A stretch of 64,000 bases of DNA from Flavobacteriales bacterium (GCA_044349305.1 JBIKRF010000004.1:2324-66323), one strand, 5' to 3'. Numbered from the stretch's first letter, positions 1-10,240 are shown. Numbers and translations are program-made. Notes: generated by a model not told the origin, from the sequence alone.

Positions 1-390
1 ACTGCCCTGCTCTTTCATAATAGATAAAACAGCTTTGGCTACATATAAAAATCCTTTGATGTTGGTGTTGATCATCTCTTCCCAATGATCCAACTTAGCA
101 TTGACTAATTCATCTTTTCCGCGCGACAATCCCGCGTTGTTGAATAAGACATCGATCTGCTTGAAATCAGCTGGTAGGGATTGAAAGAAAGAAGAGACTT
201 CTTTTTCATTTTGAACATCGAGTGAATGAATGAGCAATTGATTGTCATTCTGCGCGAATGCTTTCAATTCATTCAAAGGCTCCAATCTTCTTGCAATGGC
301 AATAACCTTCCAGTTATTCTTCAAAAATAATTCAGCGGTGCATTTTCCAAATCCGGAACTTGCTCCAGTAATGCAGACTGTCTTTTGCAT
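1..390 (-). CDS. Short-chain dehydrogenase/reductase (SDR), N-terminal part; 3' end lies outside the window
   Basis: Reverse complement of 361-390 reads MQKTVCITGA, followed by SSGFGKCTAE, giving the TGxxxGxG Rossmann motif. The frame stays open to the window edge. The start lies 3 nt downstream of the DUF47 gene stop. Confidence 0.8.
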   Translation of the reverse strand, partial: MQKTVCITGASSGFGKCTAELFLKNNWKVIAIARRLEPLNELKAFAQNDNQLLIHSLDVQNEKEVSSFFQSLPADFKQIDVLFNNAGLSRGKDELVNAKLDHWEEMINTNIKGFLYVAKAVLSIMKEQGS

Positions 391-393
391 GGC

Positions 394-1044
394 TTAGTTG
401 AATTTCACCAATACGGCTTCAATGATGCTTGCCGCTTCCTCGCAGCGCTTCTCTGAGCGAGCCATTAAACCAAACACTTCTTGTTGTTTGATGAGTTCTA
501 TTGGATCTGCTCCTTCGCTGAAAAGTTTAGCAATAGCCGATTCTTGAAGGCTATCCATTTTTCTTTCTAGTTCGCGAATAGCCGCAATTCTCTTTCTTGC
601 AGATTCTGAATATCTGAATTTCTTCAGGTTTTCCATAAGTTCTTCCAAGACTTTCGTACTGTCCCAAATCACTTGAGCCATTTCACCAAAAACGGTTGGA
701 ATGTTATGGATTTTATACAATTCAATTCGCTTCGAAACTCCGTACATATCGTCAACGATGTCGTCGATAACAATAGCCAACTGATAGACTTCTTCTCTAT
801 CGAATGGCACATTGAAATTCGCTTCAACTTCTAATTTCAACGCATCTGTTAAATCATCTCCAACATGCTCGAGATCGTGGATTTCAGCATGTAATTGCAT
901 GCGCTTTACACTATCAACCTCAAAAGACTCCTTTAACACTTTTGCTGTGCGCACGGCATTTGTCACTGAAGCCTGAAAAAGCGGAAAACACTTTTTATCT
1001 TTTGGAACTAATACTTGGAGAATTGAATTAAGATTGATTGACAT
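394..1044 (-). CDS. DUF47 (PhoU-like, YkaA/TIGR00153-type) family protein
   Basis: 216-aa all-helical ORF. Its N-terminus (LVPKDKKCFPLFQ...) and length are typical of the DUF47 phosphate-transport-regulator-like family. Confidence 0.7.
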   Translation of the reverse strand: MSINLNSILQVLVPKDKKCFPLFQASVTNAVRTAKVLKESFEVDSVKRMQLHAEIHDLEHVGDDLTDALKLEVEANFNVPFDREEVYQLAIVIDDIVDDMYGVSKRIELYKIHNIPTVFGEMAQVIWDSTKVLEELMENLKKFRYSESARKRIAAIRELERKMDSLQESAIAKLFSEGADPIELIKQQEVFGLMARSEKRCEEAASIIEAVLVKFN

Positions 1045-1134
1045 CTTGAGATTTTTTTAGAGCACGAATGTAAGGTCAAAAAGTTATTTTCATGTGACCA
1101 AATTGTTTTGATTCGTAGTTAAAGTTGGATTACC

Positions 1135-1142
1135 TATTTTTG
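1135..1142 (+). promoter_or_regulatory. Candidate Bacteroidota sigma-A -7 element (TAnnTTTG) upstream of accD
   Basis: tatttttg sits 24 nt upstream of the accD ATG. This is a motif match only. Confidence 0.3.
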
Positions 1143-1165
1143 CCGTCTAATCAAATTTCAAAAGA

Positions 1166-2008
1166 ATGAGTTGGTTCAAGAGAAAAAACAAAGGTATTAC
1201 CACGCAGAATCAAGAGAAGAAGGAGATTCCGGAAGGATTGTGGTACCAATGTCCCGAGTGTAAGCACGTTGTTACAAGTGAGCAGCATGCAGAGCACGAC
1301 TGGGTTTGCGAAGCATGCGAGTATCACGAGAAAATTGGATCGTTGCAATATTTTTCAATCTTTTTCGACGAGCACGAATGGATTGAAGTGGCTGAACACA
1401 TGAAAAGTGCCGATCCACTAACGTTTACAGACACGAAGAATTACAAGGATCGTATTAAAACCACTATTGCAAAAACCGGATTGAAAGATGCGTTGCGCGT
1501 GGGATTTGGTAAGATTGAACATGAGAATGCTGTTATTGCCTGTATGGACTTTGCCTTCATTGGTGGTTCGATGGGTTCTGTAGTTGGAGAGAAATTCGCG
1601 CTTGGTGTAGATAAGGCTATCGAAGAACACTGTCCGTTTATCTGTATTTCAAAATCGGGCGGAGCTCGTATGATGGAAGCTGGATTTTCTTTGATGCAAA
1701 TGGCGAAGACCTCTGCGAAGTTGACACAGTTGGCTGAAGCCGGACTTCCTTATATCTCTATTTTAACTGACCCAACTACTGGAGGTGTGACTGCTTCTTT
1801 CGCCATGTTGGGCGACTTAAATATTGCTGAACCGAAAGCGCTTATTGGATTTGCCGGACCTCGTGTGGTGAAGGAAACCATTAAGAAAGACTTACCTGCT
1901 GGATTCCAAAGTTCTGAATTCGTTTTAGAACATGGCTTCCTCGACTACATTGTTAAGCGTACCGAAATGAAGAAGAAATTGGCGCTTACCTTAAGTCACT
2001 TAAAATAA
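1166..2008 (+). CDS. accD: Acetyl-CoA carboxylase carboxyltransferase subunit beta
   Basis: N-terminal Cys4 zinc ribbon (CPECKH...CEACEYH) followed by a carboxyltransferase domain (GGSMGSVVGEKF, GGARMMEA). Confidence 0.95.
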   Translation: MSWFKRKNKGITTQNQEKKEIPEGLWYQCPECKHVVTSEQHAEHDWVCEACEYHEKIGSLQYFSIFFDEHEWIEVAEHMKSADPLTFTDTKNYKDRIKTTIAKTGLKDALRVGFGKIEHENAVIACMDFAFIGGSMGSVVGEKFALGVDKAIEEHCPFICISKSGGARMMEAGFSLMQMAKTSAKLTQLAEAGLPYISILTDPTTGGVTASFAMLGDLNIAEPKALIGFAGPRVVKETIKKDLPAGFQSSEFVLEHGFLDYIVKRTEMKKKLALTLSHLK

Positions 2009-2034
2009 ACTTGGAAACACGAAAAGAAGTTTCG

Positions 2035-2042
2035 TATCTTTG
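2035..2042 (+). promoter_or_regulatory. Candidate -7 element (tatctttg), with a TTG at 2011-2013, upstream of rpsO
   Basis: Fits the Bacteroidota promoter consensus TTG-N(about 20)-TAnnTTTG. It lies 69 nt upstream of the rpsO ATG. Confidence 0.4.
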
Positions 2043-2110
2043 CACCCCACTTTCAAGAAAAGTAATATTTACTTGGAGGCTCACATAATAATCACTAAAA
2101 AAGTATTGGC

Positions 2111-2380
2111 ATGTACCTTACAACAGAAAAAAAACAAGAGATTTTCGCTAAACACGGTAAATCTGCAACAGACACAGGTAGTTCAGAAGGACAAATCGCT
2201 TTGTTCACCTACCGTATTGCTCACTTAACTGAGCACTTGAAGAAGAATAAAAAAGATTACGGCACACAACGTTCGTTGATTGCATTGGTTGGTAAGCGCA
2301 GAAGCTTATTGGATTATTTGCAAAAAGTTGACATCGCTCGTTACCGTGCAATCGTAAAAGAACTTGAGTTACGTAAGTAA
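2111..2380 (+). CDS. rpsO: 30S ribosomal protein S15
   Basis: 89 aa; the sequence TEKKQEIFAKHGKSATDTGSSEGQIALFTYRIAHLTEHLKKNKKD is canonical S15. Confidence 0.97.
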   Translation: MYLTTEKKQEIFAKHGKSATDTGSSEGQIALFTYRIAHLTEHLKKNKKDYGTQRSLIALVGKRRSLLDYLQKVDIARYRAIVKELELRK

Positions 2381-2401
2381 TATACAGGCATAATTCAAAA
2401 G

Positions 2402-2437
2402 AAAAGGCAATTTAACAATTGCCTTTTCGCGTTTTTT
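2402..2437 (+). terminator. Intergenic rpsO-pnp hairpin with a T-run (terminator or attenuator)
   Basis: 11-bp stem aaaaggcaatt/aattgcctttt with loop taac, followed by cgcgtttttt. Confidence 0.7.
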
Positions 2438-2466
2438 CTTAGAACTATATATCCGAAAATAAAAGA

Positions 2467-4605
2467 ATGAAAATCGAAGCAATCACAACGACCATTGACA
2501 TGGGTTCTTCTGCGCCAATTACCATTGAAACTGGTAAATTAGCGAAGCAAGCGCATGGTTCTGTAGTCGTTCGCCAAGGAGATACGATGCTCCTGGCAAC
2601 CGTTGTAGCCAACGAAGAAGCAAAAGAAGGGTTAGACTTCCTTCCTCTAACGGTAGAGTACCGTGAAAAATATGCAGCTGTGGGTCGTTTCCCAGGTGGA
2701 TATTTCAAACGTGAAGCACGTCCATACGACGACGAGATTTTAGTTTCTCGTTTGATTGACCGCGCTTTACGCCCAATGTTCCCAGAAGATTTTCACAGCG
2801 ATACACAAGTTGTTGTATCCTTGATCTCTGCTGACACGGAGCACATGCCTGACAGTTTAGCTGGTCTTGCAGCATCAGCTGCAATTGCAGTTTCAGATAT
2901 TCCTTTCAACGGACCTATTTCAGAAGTTCGTGTTGCACGCATCAACGGTGAGTTCGTTGTGAACCCTACTCGCTCTCAATTGGCACTTGCCGATTTAGAC
3001 ATGATGATTGCAGGAAGTGCAGACAGCATTGTAATGGTTGAAGGTGAAATGAAAGAAGTGTCTGAGGAAGTTATGGTTGAGGCCATTGCTATTGCTCACA
3101 CTGCTATTCAAGCACAAGTAAAAGCTCAATTGGAATTGGCATCGAAGGTTGAAAAAGCGACTGTAAAGCGTTCATACAACCACGAACCAAAAGACGAAGA
3201 GTTGAAGAAGAAAGTATGGGACGAGTGTTATAACAAGTTCTATGTTGCTGTAAAGACTCCATCTGGAAAGAAAGAAAGAAGCGCAGCGTTTCACCAAATT
3301 GAAGAAGAGTTTTTCGCTCAATTCACTGCGGAAGAGAAATCTGCAAATGCTTTCTTGTTGAAGAAATATACCCACGATTGTTTGAAAGACGCTATGCGTC
3401 GCATGATCCTAGACGATGGTATTCGTTTGGATGGCCGCGATACCCGCACCATTCGTCCAATCTGGTGTGAAGTAGATTATTTGCCAGGTGCTCACGGATC
3501 AAGTGTCTTCACTCGTGGAGAAACACAATCTTTGACCACGCTTACTTTGGGAACTAAACTCGACGAGCAATTCGTTGACGGTGTTGTAAATGCACGTAAC
3601 GATAAGTTCTTGTTGCATTACAACTTCCCACCATTCAGCACAGGTGAAGCACGTCCGATTCGTTCAACGGGTCGTCGTGAAATTGGACACGGTAACCTTG
3701 CACTTCGTGCATTGAAGCCTGTTCTTCCTGAAACTGAAAAATGTCCTTACACGATGCGAATTGTGTCTGACATTTTAGAATCGAACGGATCTTCATCTAT
3801 GGCTACCGTTTGCGCAGGTACACTTGCGTTAATGGACGGTGGTGTTCCTATTACTTCTCCAGTATCTGGAATTGCAATGGGATTAATCACAGATGAAAAC
3901 GGGAAATATTCAATCTTATCAGATATCCTAGGAGACGAGGATCACTTGGGCGATATGGACTTTAAAGTAACTGGAACTTCGAAAGGAATTACAGCTTGCC
4001 AAATGGACATAAAGATCAAGGGTCTTTCAATGCAATTGTTAACCGACGCTTTGGATCAAGCCAAGCAAGGTCGTTTGCACATCTTGGGCGAAATGATGAA
4101 AACCATTTCTGAACCACGCGAAGATTACAAACCTCACGCACCACGTATCATTAGCTTCGAAATTCCAACCGAAGAAATCGGAAAAGTAATTGGTCCTGGA
4201 GGAAAAGTAATTCAAGAAATTCAGAAAACAACTGGCGCAACAATCTCTATCGAAGAGCGCGACAACAAAGGATTTGTAGAAATTGCGTCTGCGGACAAGA
4301 CAAGCCTTGATGCTGCTGTGAATCGTGTGAAGTCTATTGTTTGGCCTCCACAAGTTGAAATTGGAGCTACGTATGAAGGTCCAGTTAAAACCATTCAACC
4401 GTTCGGAGCATTCGTTGAAATTATTCCAGGTCAAGATGGCCTTATTCACATAAGTGAATTAGAATGGAGACGTGTAGACGATGTTAACGAGGTATTGAAA
4501 GTTGGTGATTTGGTTAAATTTAAAGTTTTAGGAAAAGATCCTAAGACCGGTAAATTGAAGCTTTCTAGAAAAGCTTTGCTTCCAAAGCCAGAAGAACAAA
4601 ACTAA
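2467..4605 (+). CDS. pnp: Polyribonucleotide nucleotidyltransferase (PNPase)
   Basis: 712 aa with two RNase PH domains, the GDMDFKV motif and C-terminal KH and S1 domains. It follows rpsO, which is conserved synteny. Confidence 0.97.
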   Translation: MKIEAITTTIDMGSSAPITIETGKLAKQAHGSVVVRQGDTMLLATVVANEEAKEGLDFLPLTVEYREKYAAVGRFPGGYFKREARPYDDEILVSRLIDRALRPMFPEDFHSDTQVVVSLISADTEHMPDSLAGLAASAAIAVSDIPFNGPISEVRVARINGEFVVNPTRSQLALADLDMMIAGSADSIVMVEGEMKEVSEEVMVEAIAIAHTAIQAQVKAQLELASKVEKATVKRSYNHEPKDEELKKKVWDECYNKFYVAVKTPSGKKERSAAFHQIEEEFFAQFTAEEKSANAFLLKKYTHDCLKDAMRRMILDDGIRLDGRDTRTIRPIWCEVDYLPGAHGSSVFTRGETQSLTTLTLGTKLDEQFVDGVVNARNDKFLLHYNFPPFSTGEARPIRSTGRREIGHGNLALRALKPVLPETEKCPYTMRIVSDILESNGSSSMATVCAGTLALMDGGVPITSPVSGIAMGLITDENGKYSILSDILGDEDHLGDMDFKVTGTSKGITACQMDIKIKGLSMQLLTDALDQAKQGRLHILGEMMKTISEPREDYKPHAPRIISFEIPTEEIGKVIGPGGKVIQEIQKTTGATISIEERDNKGFVEIASADKTSLDAAVNRVKSIVWPPQVEIGATYEGPVKTIQPFGAFVEIIPGQDGLIHISELEWRRVDDVNEVLKVGDLVKFKVLGKDPKTGKLKLSRKALLPKPEEQN

Positions 4606-4660
4606 ATTCCTGTTTTCTGCGTATAATAGAAACAGTGAATTAAACGAACGTTAAGCAAAC

Positions 4661-5530
4661 ATGAGACAGTTAAAAATTACAAAACAGGTAACCAACCGCG
4701 AGACCGCTTCCCTTGACAAGTATTTGCAAGAGATTGGTCGTGTGGATTTGATTACTGCCGAAGAAGAAGTTGAGTTGGCTCGTCGCATTAAACAAGGTGA
4801 TCAGATTGCCTTGGAGAAATTGACTAAAGCGAATTTGCGTTTCGTTGTATCTGTGTCGAAACAGTATCAAAACCAAGGTTTATCTCTTCCCGATTTGATT
4901 AACGAAGGAAACCTTGGCTTGATTAAAGCGGCTCAGCGTTTCGATGAAACCCGTGGATTTAAATTCATTTCTTACGCTGTATGGTGGATTCGTCAATCTA
5001 TTCTTCAAGCGTTGGCTGAGCAATCTCGTATTGTTCGTCTTCCTTTGAATAAGATTGGTTCGATTAACAAGATCAACAAGGCATTCGCTAAGTTGGAACA
5101 AGAATTCGAACGTCCACCTACTCCAGCTGAATTGGCTGAAGTGTTAGAAATGACTTTGGATGAAGTGAAGCAATCGTTGCGCAACAGCGGACGTCACGTA
5201 TCTATGGATGCTCCTTTGAAAGACGGAGATGACAGTAGCTCTACGATGTACGATGTATTGCAAACGAACGACACTCCTTCTCCGGATACAGATCTATTGC
5301 ATGAAAGTTTGCGTCGCGAGATTGAACGCTCACTTCGCACGCTTACAGCGCGCGAGGGCGATGTGGTTCGATTGTATTTCGGTTTGAATGGTGAACATCC
5401 ACTTACGTTGGAAGAAATCGGAGAGCGCTTCGATCTAACGCGTGAACGTGTTCGTCAGATTAAAGAGAAAGCGATTCGACGCTTAAAGCACACAAGCAGA
5501 AGTAAGATCTTAAAATCTTACTTAGGATAA
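4661..5530 (+). CDS. rpoD: RNA polymerase primary sigma factor (compact Bacteroidota type)
   Basis: 289 aa. Region 2 ([13 protein letters not shown]), region 3 and region 4 ([28 protein letters not shown]) are all present. Confidence 0.93.
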   Translation: MRQLKITKQVTNRETASLDKYLQEIGRVDLITAEEEVELARRIKQGDQIALEKLTKANLRFVVSVSKQYQNQGLSLPDLINEGNLGLIKAAQRFDETRGFKFISYAVWWIRQSILQALAEQSRIVRLPLNKIGSINKINKAFAKLEQEFERPPTPAELAEVLEMTLDEVKQSLRNSGRHVSMDAPLKDGDDSSSTMYDVLQTNDTPSPDTDLLHESLRREIERSLRTLTAREGDVVRLYFGLNGEHPLTLEEIGERFDLTRERVRQIKEKAIRRLKHTSRSKILKSYLG

Positions 5531-5536
5531 TATCTG

Positions 5537-5566
5537 AAAGGCTCCGAAAGGAGCCTTTCTTTTTTA
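5537..5566 (+). terminator. Rho-independent terminator after rpoD
   Basis: Stem aaaggctcc/ggagccttt with loop gaaa, followed by a T-run. Confidence 0.8.
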
Positions 5567-5576
5567 CCTTCGTTTT

Positions 5577-5687
5577 ATGAAACAAAAATTCAACCATTGG
5601 CTTAAACGTGTTGGCTGGATTGGCTTTTTGTTTTTTTTGATTAAGGGGTTGTTTTGGCTAGCGCTGTTCGCATGGGCTGCTGTTTAG
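5577..5687 (+). CDS. Possible 36-aa small membrane protein
   Basis: ATG-initiated ORF MKQKFNHWLKRVGWIGFLFFLIKGLFWLALFAWAAV. It has a basic N-terminus and one hydrophobic helix. It is below the ORF-track cutoff and has no recognisable homology. Confidence 0.25.
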   Translation: MKQKFNHWLKRVGWIGFLFFLIKGLFWLALFAWAAV

Positions 5688-5800
5688 CGAATACTTCGCG
5701 AGGGCAACAGGCGTTGCGAGGGTCCTATGGACGATGGTTGCAAGCAACGAGGGTCGATGACGAATGTCCTGAGGACGAGGGCAAGAATGTTGCGAAAATT
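5688..5800. repeat. Short-word repeat tract (cgaggg x4 plus cgaatgtcct)
   Basis: cgaggg occurs at 5699, 5717, 5748 and 5776. gaatgtcct at 5762 recurs at 15376. Confidence 0.6.
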
Positions 5801-5858
5801 CAGATGGTTTGATTAGTATCTTCGTTAAACCATTTCAGTGAAATATCTTCAAACGAAC

Positions 5859-7139
5859 ATGAAATACACTTTACTTCTTCTTTTGATTGTCGCAAATGTT
5901 TTTGCTAAAGGACAAATCTATTTCCCACCTAACACAGGTAACACATGGGCCACTATTACTCCAGCGGAATTGGGGTGGTGTGAAGATCAGATACCAGAGT
6001 TGTTAACCTTTCTGGAAAGTAACAATACGAAAGCATTTATTGTGTTGAAGAATGGCAAGATTGTCATTGAGAATTACTTCGGGACATTCACGCAGGATAG
6101 CCTGTGGTATTGGGCTTCTGCGGGGAAGACACTTACCTCCTATTTGGTTGGAATTGCGCAACAAAACGGACAGCTTTCGATCAATGATTTAAGTTCAAGT
6201 TATTTGGGAAGTGGCTGGACCAGTTGCACTGCCGCTCAGGAAAATAACATTACGGTTCGAAACCAATTAACCATGACATCGGGGTTAGACGATGGTGTTG
6301 CAGATCCGTATTGCACCGATCCGAATTGTTTGATTTATTCTGCAGATGCGGGCACACGCTGGGCGTATCACAATGGTCCCTATACCCTACTCGATGGTGT
6401 GTTGGAAGGAGCGACCGGACAGACGTTGAACGGACTTGTCTTTTCAGCCTTGAAGCAACCGACGGGAATGGATGGATTCTTTTTTCAGAGTGGATATAAC
6501 AACGTGTATTTGAGCACTGCACGAAGCATGGCGCGTTTTGGAATCTTAATGCAGAACGGCGGAAATTGGAATGGCAATCAGTTGATGACCGACGCGAATT
6601 ATTATCAAGAAATGATCACGCCTTCTCAGAATCTGAACAACTCATACGGTTACTTGTGGTGGTTGAATGGTCAAAGTTCATATATGATTCCGCAAACGCA
6701 AATTGTAATACCTGGGATGATGTTTCCAAATGCACCTTCAGATGTTTACGCTGCGCTTGGTAGAGATGGACAGTGCCTGAATGTGAGTCCGAGTGAAGGG
6801 TTGGTGTTCATTCGCATGGGCAATGCGCCCGACAATTCGTTGGTTCCGTTTTTATTGAACGATCAGATTTGGGAGAAGTTGAATTACGTGATGTGCACGC
6901 CGGTTGCTGAAGAATCAGATGAAAATTTCTGGTTGAATCAGACTGCTACTTCGGTTCGGATTAACTGGCCTGGGAAGGGGTTTACTTGTGAAGTTTATGA
7001 TTCGAAAGGAAATAAAATTATTAGTCACCAATCACGAGTTTCTGAGGAAATCAGCACCAATCACCTCGCCTCTGGGTTGTATGTCATTCGTTGTTTGAGT
7101 GGCGATGCTGTGGAGGTAAGGAAGTTTGTTATTAGGTAA
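5859..7139 (+). CDS. Secreted serine hydrolase (beta-lactamase/transpeptidase-like fold) with a T9SS C-terminal sorting domain
   Basis: Signal peptide MKYTLLLLLIVANVFA, an SxxK motif (SAGK), and a C-terminal beta-sandwich ending GLYVIRCLSGDAVEVRKFVIR. The ORF track starts at GTG 5838, but ATG 5859 gives a cleaner signal peptide. Confidence 0.75.
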   Translation: MKYTLLLLLIVANVFAKGQIYFPPNTGNTWATITPAELGWCEDQIPELLTFLESNNTKAFIVLKNGKIVIENYFGTFTQDSLWYWASAGKTLTSYLVGIAQQNGQLSINDLSSSYLGSGWTSCTAAQENNITVRNQLTMTSGLDDGVADPYCTDPNCLIYSADAGTRWAYHNGPYTLLDGVLEGATGQTLNGLVFSALKQPTGMDGFFFQSGYNNVYLSTARSMARFGILMQNGGNWNGNQLMTDANYYQEMITPSQNLNNSYGYLWWLNGQSSYMIPQTQIVIPGMMFPNAPSDVYAALGRDGQCLNVSPSEGLVFIRMGNAPDNSLVPFLLNDQIWEKLNYVMCTPVAEESDENFWLNQTATSVRINWPGKGFTCEVYDSKGNKIISHQSRVSEEISTNHLASGLYVIRCLSGDAVEVRKFVIR

Positions 7140-7170
7140 GAAAAGTTGAGAGAGGGGAAGATTTAAAACG

Positions 7171-7270
7171 AAGTTCCCATTACAGCGTAGGAATTACGAA
7201 GTAGGAATAAAACTTCCAGTTTTCCAATTACGAAGCAGGAATAGCGTAGTTCCAATTACGAAGTTCCCAC
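7171..7270. repeat. Intergenic word-repeat (aattacgaag x3), bounded by aagttccca direct repeats
   Basis: ggaattacgaagtaggaat, ccaattacgaagcaggaat and ccaattacgaagttccca. The same words recur at 11505-11538 and 14725-14751. Confidence 0.8.
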
Positions 7271-7435
7271 AAGACAAGTCTTTTGCACAAGCATTCGCAG
7301 AGGAGTTTTACCGTAGTTTTATAGCGCTAAAAAATAACTTAAACATAACCTACCAGAAAGCTATTTGGAAGAATACAATCTAACTAATAATAAAAAGTAG
7401 TCTTCCTGCTAATTAATTAAACAAAAGATAGAATT

Positions 7436-9130
7436 ATGATTTTGATTTCATCCTTAATTAGTTGCTGTAGATGCTTAAAAAGTGACAGCGTGAAAAAACA
7501 CATTCAACTGAGAATACTCCTTCTTCTTTCCGCATCAATAGTGAGTGGATTTGTTACAGCACAGGAATCCACTGAGTCTTCGGAAGTGCTTTCGCAACGT
7601 TTGATTAACAACAGAAACATACAAAAGTCAGTGAAATCGACAGGTGTCGTTCGTGTTTTTGTGTTGTCCGGCCAATCCAATATGCAGGGTCATGGCAAAA
7701 TCTATGATGGCGCAACCGGTGCCATTGGAGCAGTTATAACATCGTTCACGCCAATTTGTGACGGCACCGAAACCTGTGATTTCACCTTCAATATGGTAGA
7801 TAATTATGGAGACGGATGGAACGGGTGGACCTATGATATTTTGCAAGCCGGAATGGTGGTGGCCACCGAAACATTGCCCGACGGTTCAGCAGGCACTGCC
7901 ACCATAACGCTGCAAAGCGGTGTTCCGTGTGATGTTGTCGTCAACCAAGCCGGTTCATACGGTGGTGAAATCTCATGGACACTCACCGACTTAGGAGCTA
8001 ATGTGGTGGCATTCATGAACGGGCAACAAGAGAACTACCCCTCGCCCAATACGCTGCTTGATGTGATGGAAAATGACACCGATGGCCAGTGGGCTATGTT
8101 GCAGACCGCAGGCGAATGGACTGTTTTGGACGATGTCTACCTCCATTTTGAAAACGATGAAGGTACCATCATCAAAGACAACGTAACCATTGGCCAAGGA
8201 GTGAATCCAAACTACATCGGGCCTGAGCTGATGTTCGCTCATCAAATGGACCAATATTTCGAAGATCCGGTGCTCATTATCAAAGCGGCTTGGGGAGGCG
8301 TGAGCATAGCCGAAGATTTCCGACCGCCATCGGCAGGCGGGACCACCGGTCCATACTATAACCAGATGTTGGACATTGTGGAGAGTGTCACGGAAAATCT
8401 TGCAACGGAATTCCCGGAGATAGATGCTACAGACTTCGAGATATCAGGATTTGCGTGGTTTCAGGGGTGGAATGATGCAGCATCCGAAGCTTTCCTCAAT
8501 GAATATGAGAGCAACCTTTATCATTTGGTAAACGATGTGCGAACCGCCTTTAGTAATCCAGCCCTGCCGGTAGTCATTGCCAGTGCTGGACAAGGAGGAT
8601 ATGAACTTTCAGGGGACTGGTGGATGCAGTCCATCCAGAACATAGTGGCCGTGGCCCAAGAAAATGTGGGTTGCAATGATTCGCTATACGGCGGCACCGT
8701 TGGATTTGTCGACTCCAAAGCATTTTACATGATTGCTGCCGAATCGCCTGATGATGCTGGATACCATTACAACAACAATGCACTTACCATGCTCAATGTA
8801 GGCAGATCGATGGGTGAACAAATGGTACTTGCCATCAACGACATGGCCTATTGCGAGGGATTCATTTCTGTGCAAGAAGAAAGCAGAGAATCGCTCATCA
8901 CTTCCCTGTATCCCAACCCAGCAATAAATACCTTGAATGTAGAGATGTTTGCATGGGACGGTGAGACTACTACAATTAGGCTGTATGACCCAAAAGGTAG
9001 GATTGTATTCGAACGAAATCTATTGAATTCAAAGACTGTCATTGATGTTTCGGCCTTTGCTAAAGGGTTGTATTTAATCGAGTGCATCGGAGAAAAGCAG
9101 ACCGTCAGACAACGAGTGGTCTTGAATTAA
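7436..9130 (+). CDS. Sialate O-acetylesterase-like (SASA/DUF303, SGNH-type) carbohydrate esterase with an inserted Cys-containing module and a T9SS C-terminal domain
   Basis: VFVLSGQSNMQGHG catalytic block and AWFQGWND block. The C-terminus (LYPNPAINTLNVEM...GLYLIECIGEKQTVRQRVVLN) is a Por secretion tail. An alternative in-frame GTG start at 7490 gives MKKHIQLRILLLL. Confidence 0.75.
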   Translation: MILISSLISCCRCLKSDSVKKHIQLRILLLLSASIVSGFVTAQESTESSEVLSQRLINNRNIQKSVKSTGVVRVFVLSGQSNMQGHGKIYDGATGAIGAVITSFTPICDGTETCDFTFNMVDNYGDGWNGWTYDILQAGMVVATETLPDGSAGTATITLQSGVPCDVVVNQAGSYGGEISWTLTDLGANVVAFMNGQQENYPSPNTLLDVMENDTDGQWAMLQTAGEWTVLDDVYLHFENDEGTIIKDNVTIGQGVNPNYIGPELMFAHQMDQYFEDPVLIIKAAWGGVSIAEDFRPPSAGGTTGPYYNQMLDIVESVTENLATEFPEIDATDFEISGFAWFQGWNDAASEAFLNEYESNLYHLVNDVRTAFSNPALPVVIASAGQGGYELSGDWWMQSIQNIVAVAQENVGCNDSLYGGTVGFVDSKAFYMIAAESPDDAGYHYNNNALTMLNVGRSMGEQMVLAINDMAYCEGFISVQEESRESLITSLYPNPAINTLNVEMFAWDGETTTIRLYDPKGRIVFERNLLNSKTVIDVSAFAKGLYLIECIGEKQTVRQRVVLN

Positions 9131-9244
9131 GTTGGTATGAGGATAAAACCTAAATGATATACTCTCTACATACTAATTAAATACGGAGCCCAATACCACC
9201 AAACGAACGAAAAATCAATGCTAACAACGCGACTGATAGTGGCG

Positions 9245-9279
9245 TATTTCGGATGCCGCTCGCCTAGCTAGCTCGAGAC
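9245..9279. repeat. Repeat module A (tatttcggatgccgctcgc...gctcgag)
   Basis: 18 of 19 positions match 11464-11482 (catttcggatgccactcgc). Both copies are followed by a gagct-containing palindromic stretch. Confidence 0.7.
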
Positions 9280-9331
9280 GAAAGATAGATTGTGGCAATT
9301 AATAAAACAGCGTAGCGAAAGTAATAACACA

Positions 9332-9874
9332 ATGAAAAGAAATAGTATTCTACTAATTTTCAGCTTGACTTTGCTAATCTGTTCCTGCTCAACTATTAAA
9401 CTTAAAAGCAGAAAAGGAAAAGACATACACTTAGACAAAAGTTCATTTGATGCACTCAGCGGTTCCTTCAAGAACACAAAAAATGACACTGTTCATTTTC
9501 AAAGAACACTCTTTAGCAATTTCGACTACGATACAGTTTACAATCAGAAAAACCTGATCATCAATTTAACTCCAGTAGATAAGCACCATATAAAATTAAA
9601 GGTGTTGGACAACGAGTTTACTATTGACAGCTTAACTATTAAAGGAAAGTATAGAAGAGGCTATTTCAAAGTTAGAAGACAGTGGGAAGCTAGCTTTATT
9701 GTTGGCCCCTTATTGTGGGTTCTAGGTGACAATTTTAAATATGTGGGCTTGACAAAGGAAAACAAATTGGTAATCATAAACTCAGGAGGCGGTAGAGTCA
9801 TGCTATTGGTTGCCCTCCCTATTTTTGGCGCCGGAAGTGGACAGTTTGAAAATGAATATGAGCGGATTGAATAA
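9332..9874 (+). CDS. Hypothetical lipoprotein
   Basis: MKRNSILLIFSLTLLICSCS has a lipobox-like signal. No recognisable family. The ORF track begins at TTG 9290. Confidence 0.55.
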   Translation: MKRNSILLIFSLTLLICSCSTIKLKSRKGKDIHLDKSSFDALSGSFKNTKNDTVHFQRTLFSNFDYDTVYNQKNLIINLTPVDKHHIKLKVLDNEFTIDSLTIKGKYRRGYFKVRRQWEASFIVGPLLWVLGDNFKYVGLTKENKLVIINSGGGRVMLLVALPIFGAGSGQFENEYERIE

Positions 9875-9877
9875 TCG

Positions 9878-10240
9878 ATGCCTACCTATCAGAAAAATGA
9901 CACCATGAACTATAACCAGAAAAAATTTAGACCAATAAGCAACTCTGAAAACGGAGAAACATCAAATGAAACTCTTTTTCATTACAAGCAAATTGGAAAT
10001 ATATTAACCTCTGAATATTCAGGTGGAAAGATTAAATATGGTCATCTCATTGGTGTGGTTGACGATTTAGGAAATATAGATATGCGTTATCATCAAGTAA
10101 ATGAAAATGACGAATTGATGACAGGCATTTGCATTTCAAAACCAGAAATTCTTGAGAACGGAAAAATTCGCCTTCATGAAAATTGGGAATGGACTTCTGG
10201 TGATAAATCAAAAGGAACATCAATAATAGAAGAACAATAA
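9878..10240 (+). CDS. Hypothetical protein (120 aa)
   Basis: ORF starts 3 nt after the preceding stop. An alternative start is at 9905 (MNYNQKKF). No confident family call. Confidence 0.5.
   Translation: MPTYQKNDTMNYNQKKFRPISNSENGETSNETLFHYKQIGNILTSEYSGGKIKYGHLIGVVDDLGNIDMRYHQVNENDELMTGICISKPEILENGKIRLHENWEWTSGDKSKGTSIIEEQ

Noticed and set aside
2040-2228. 62-aa ORF overlapping the rpsO promoter region and 5' end
   Set aside because: It is out of frame with the clearly conserved S15 coding sequence and spans the candidate promoter. It shows no coding features.
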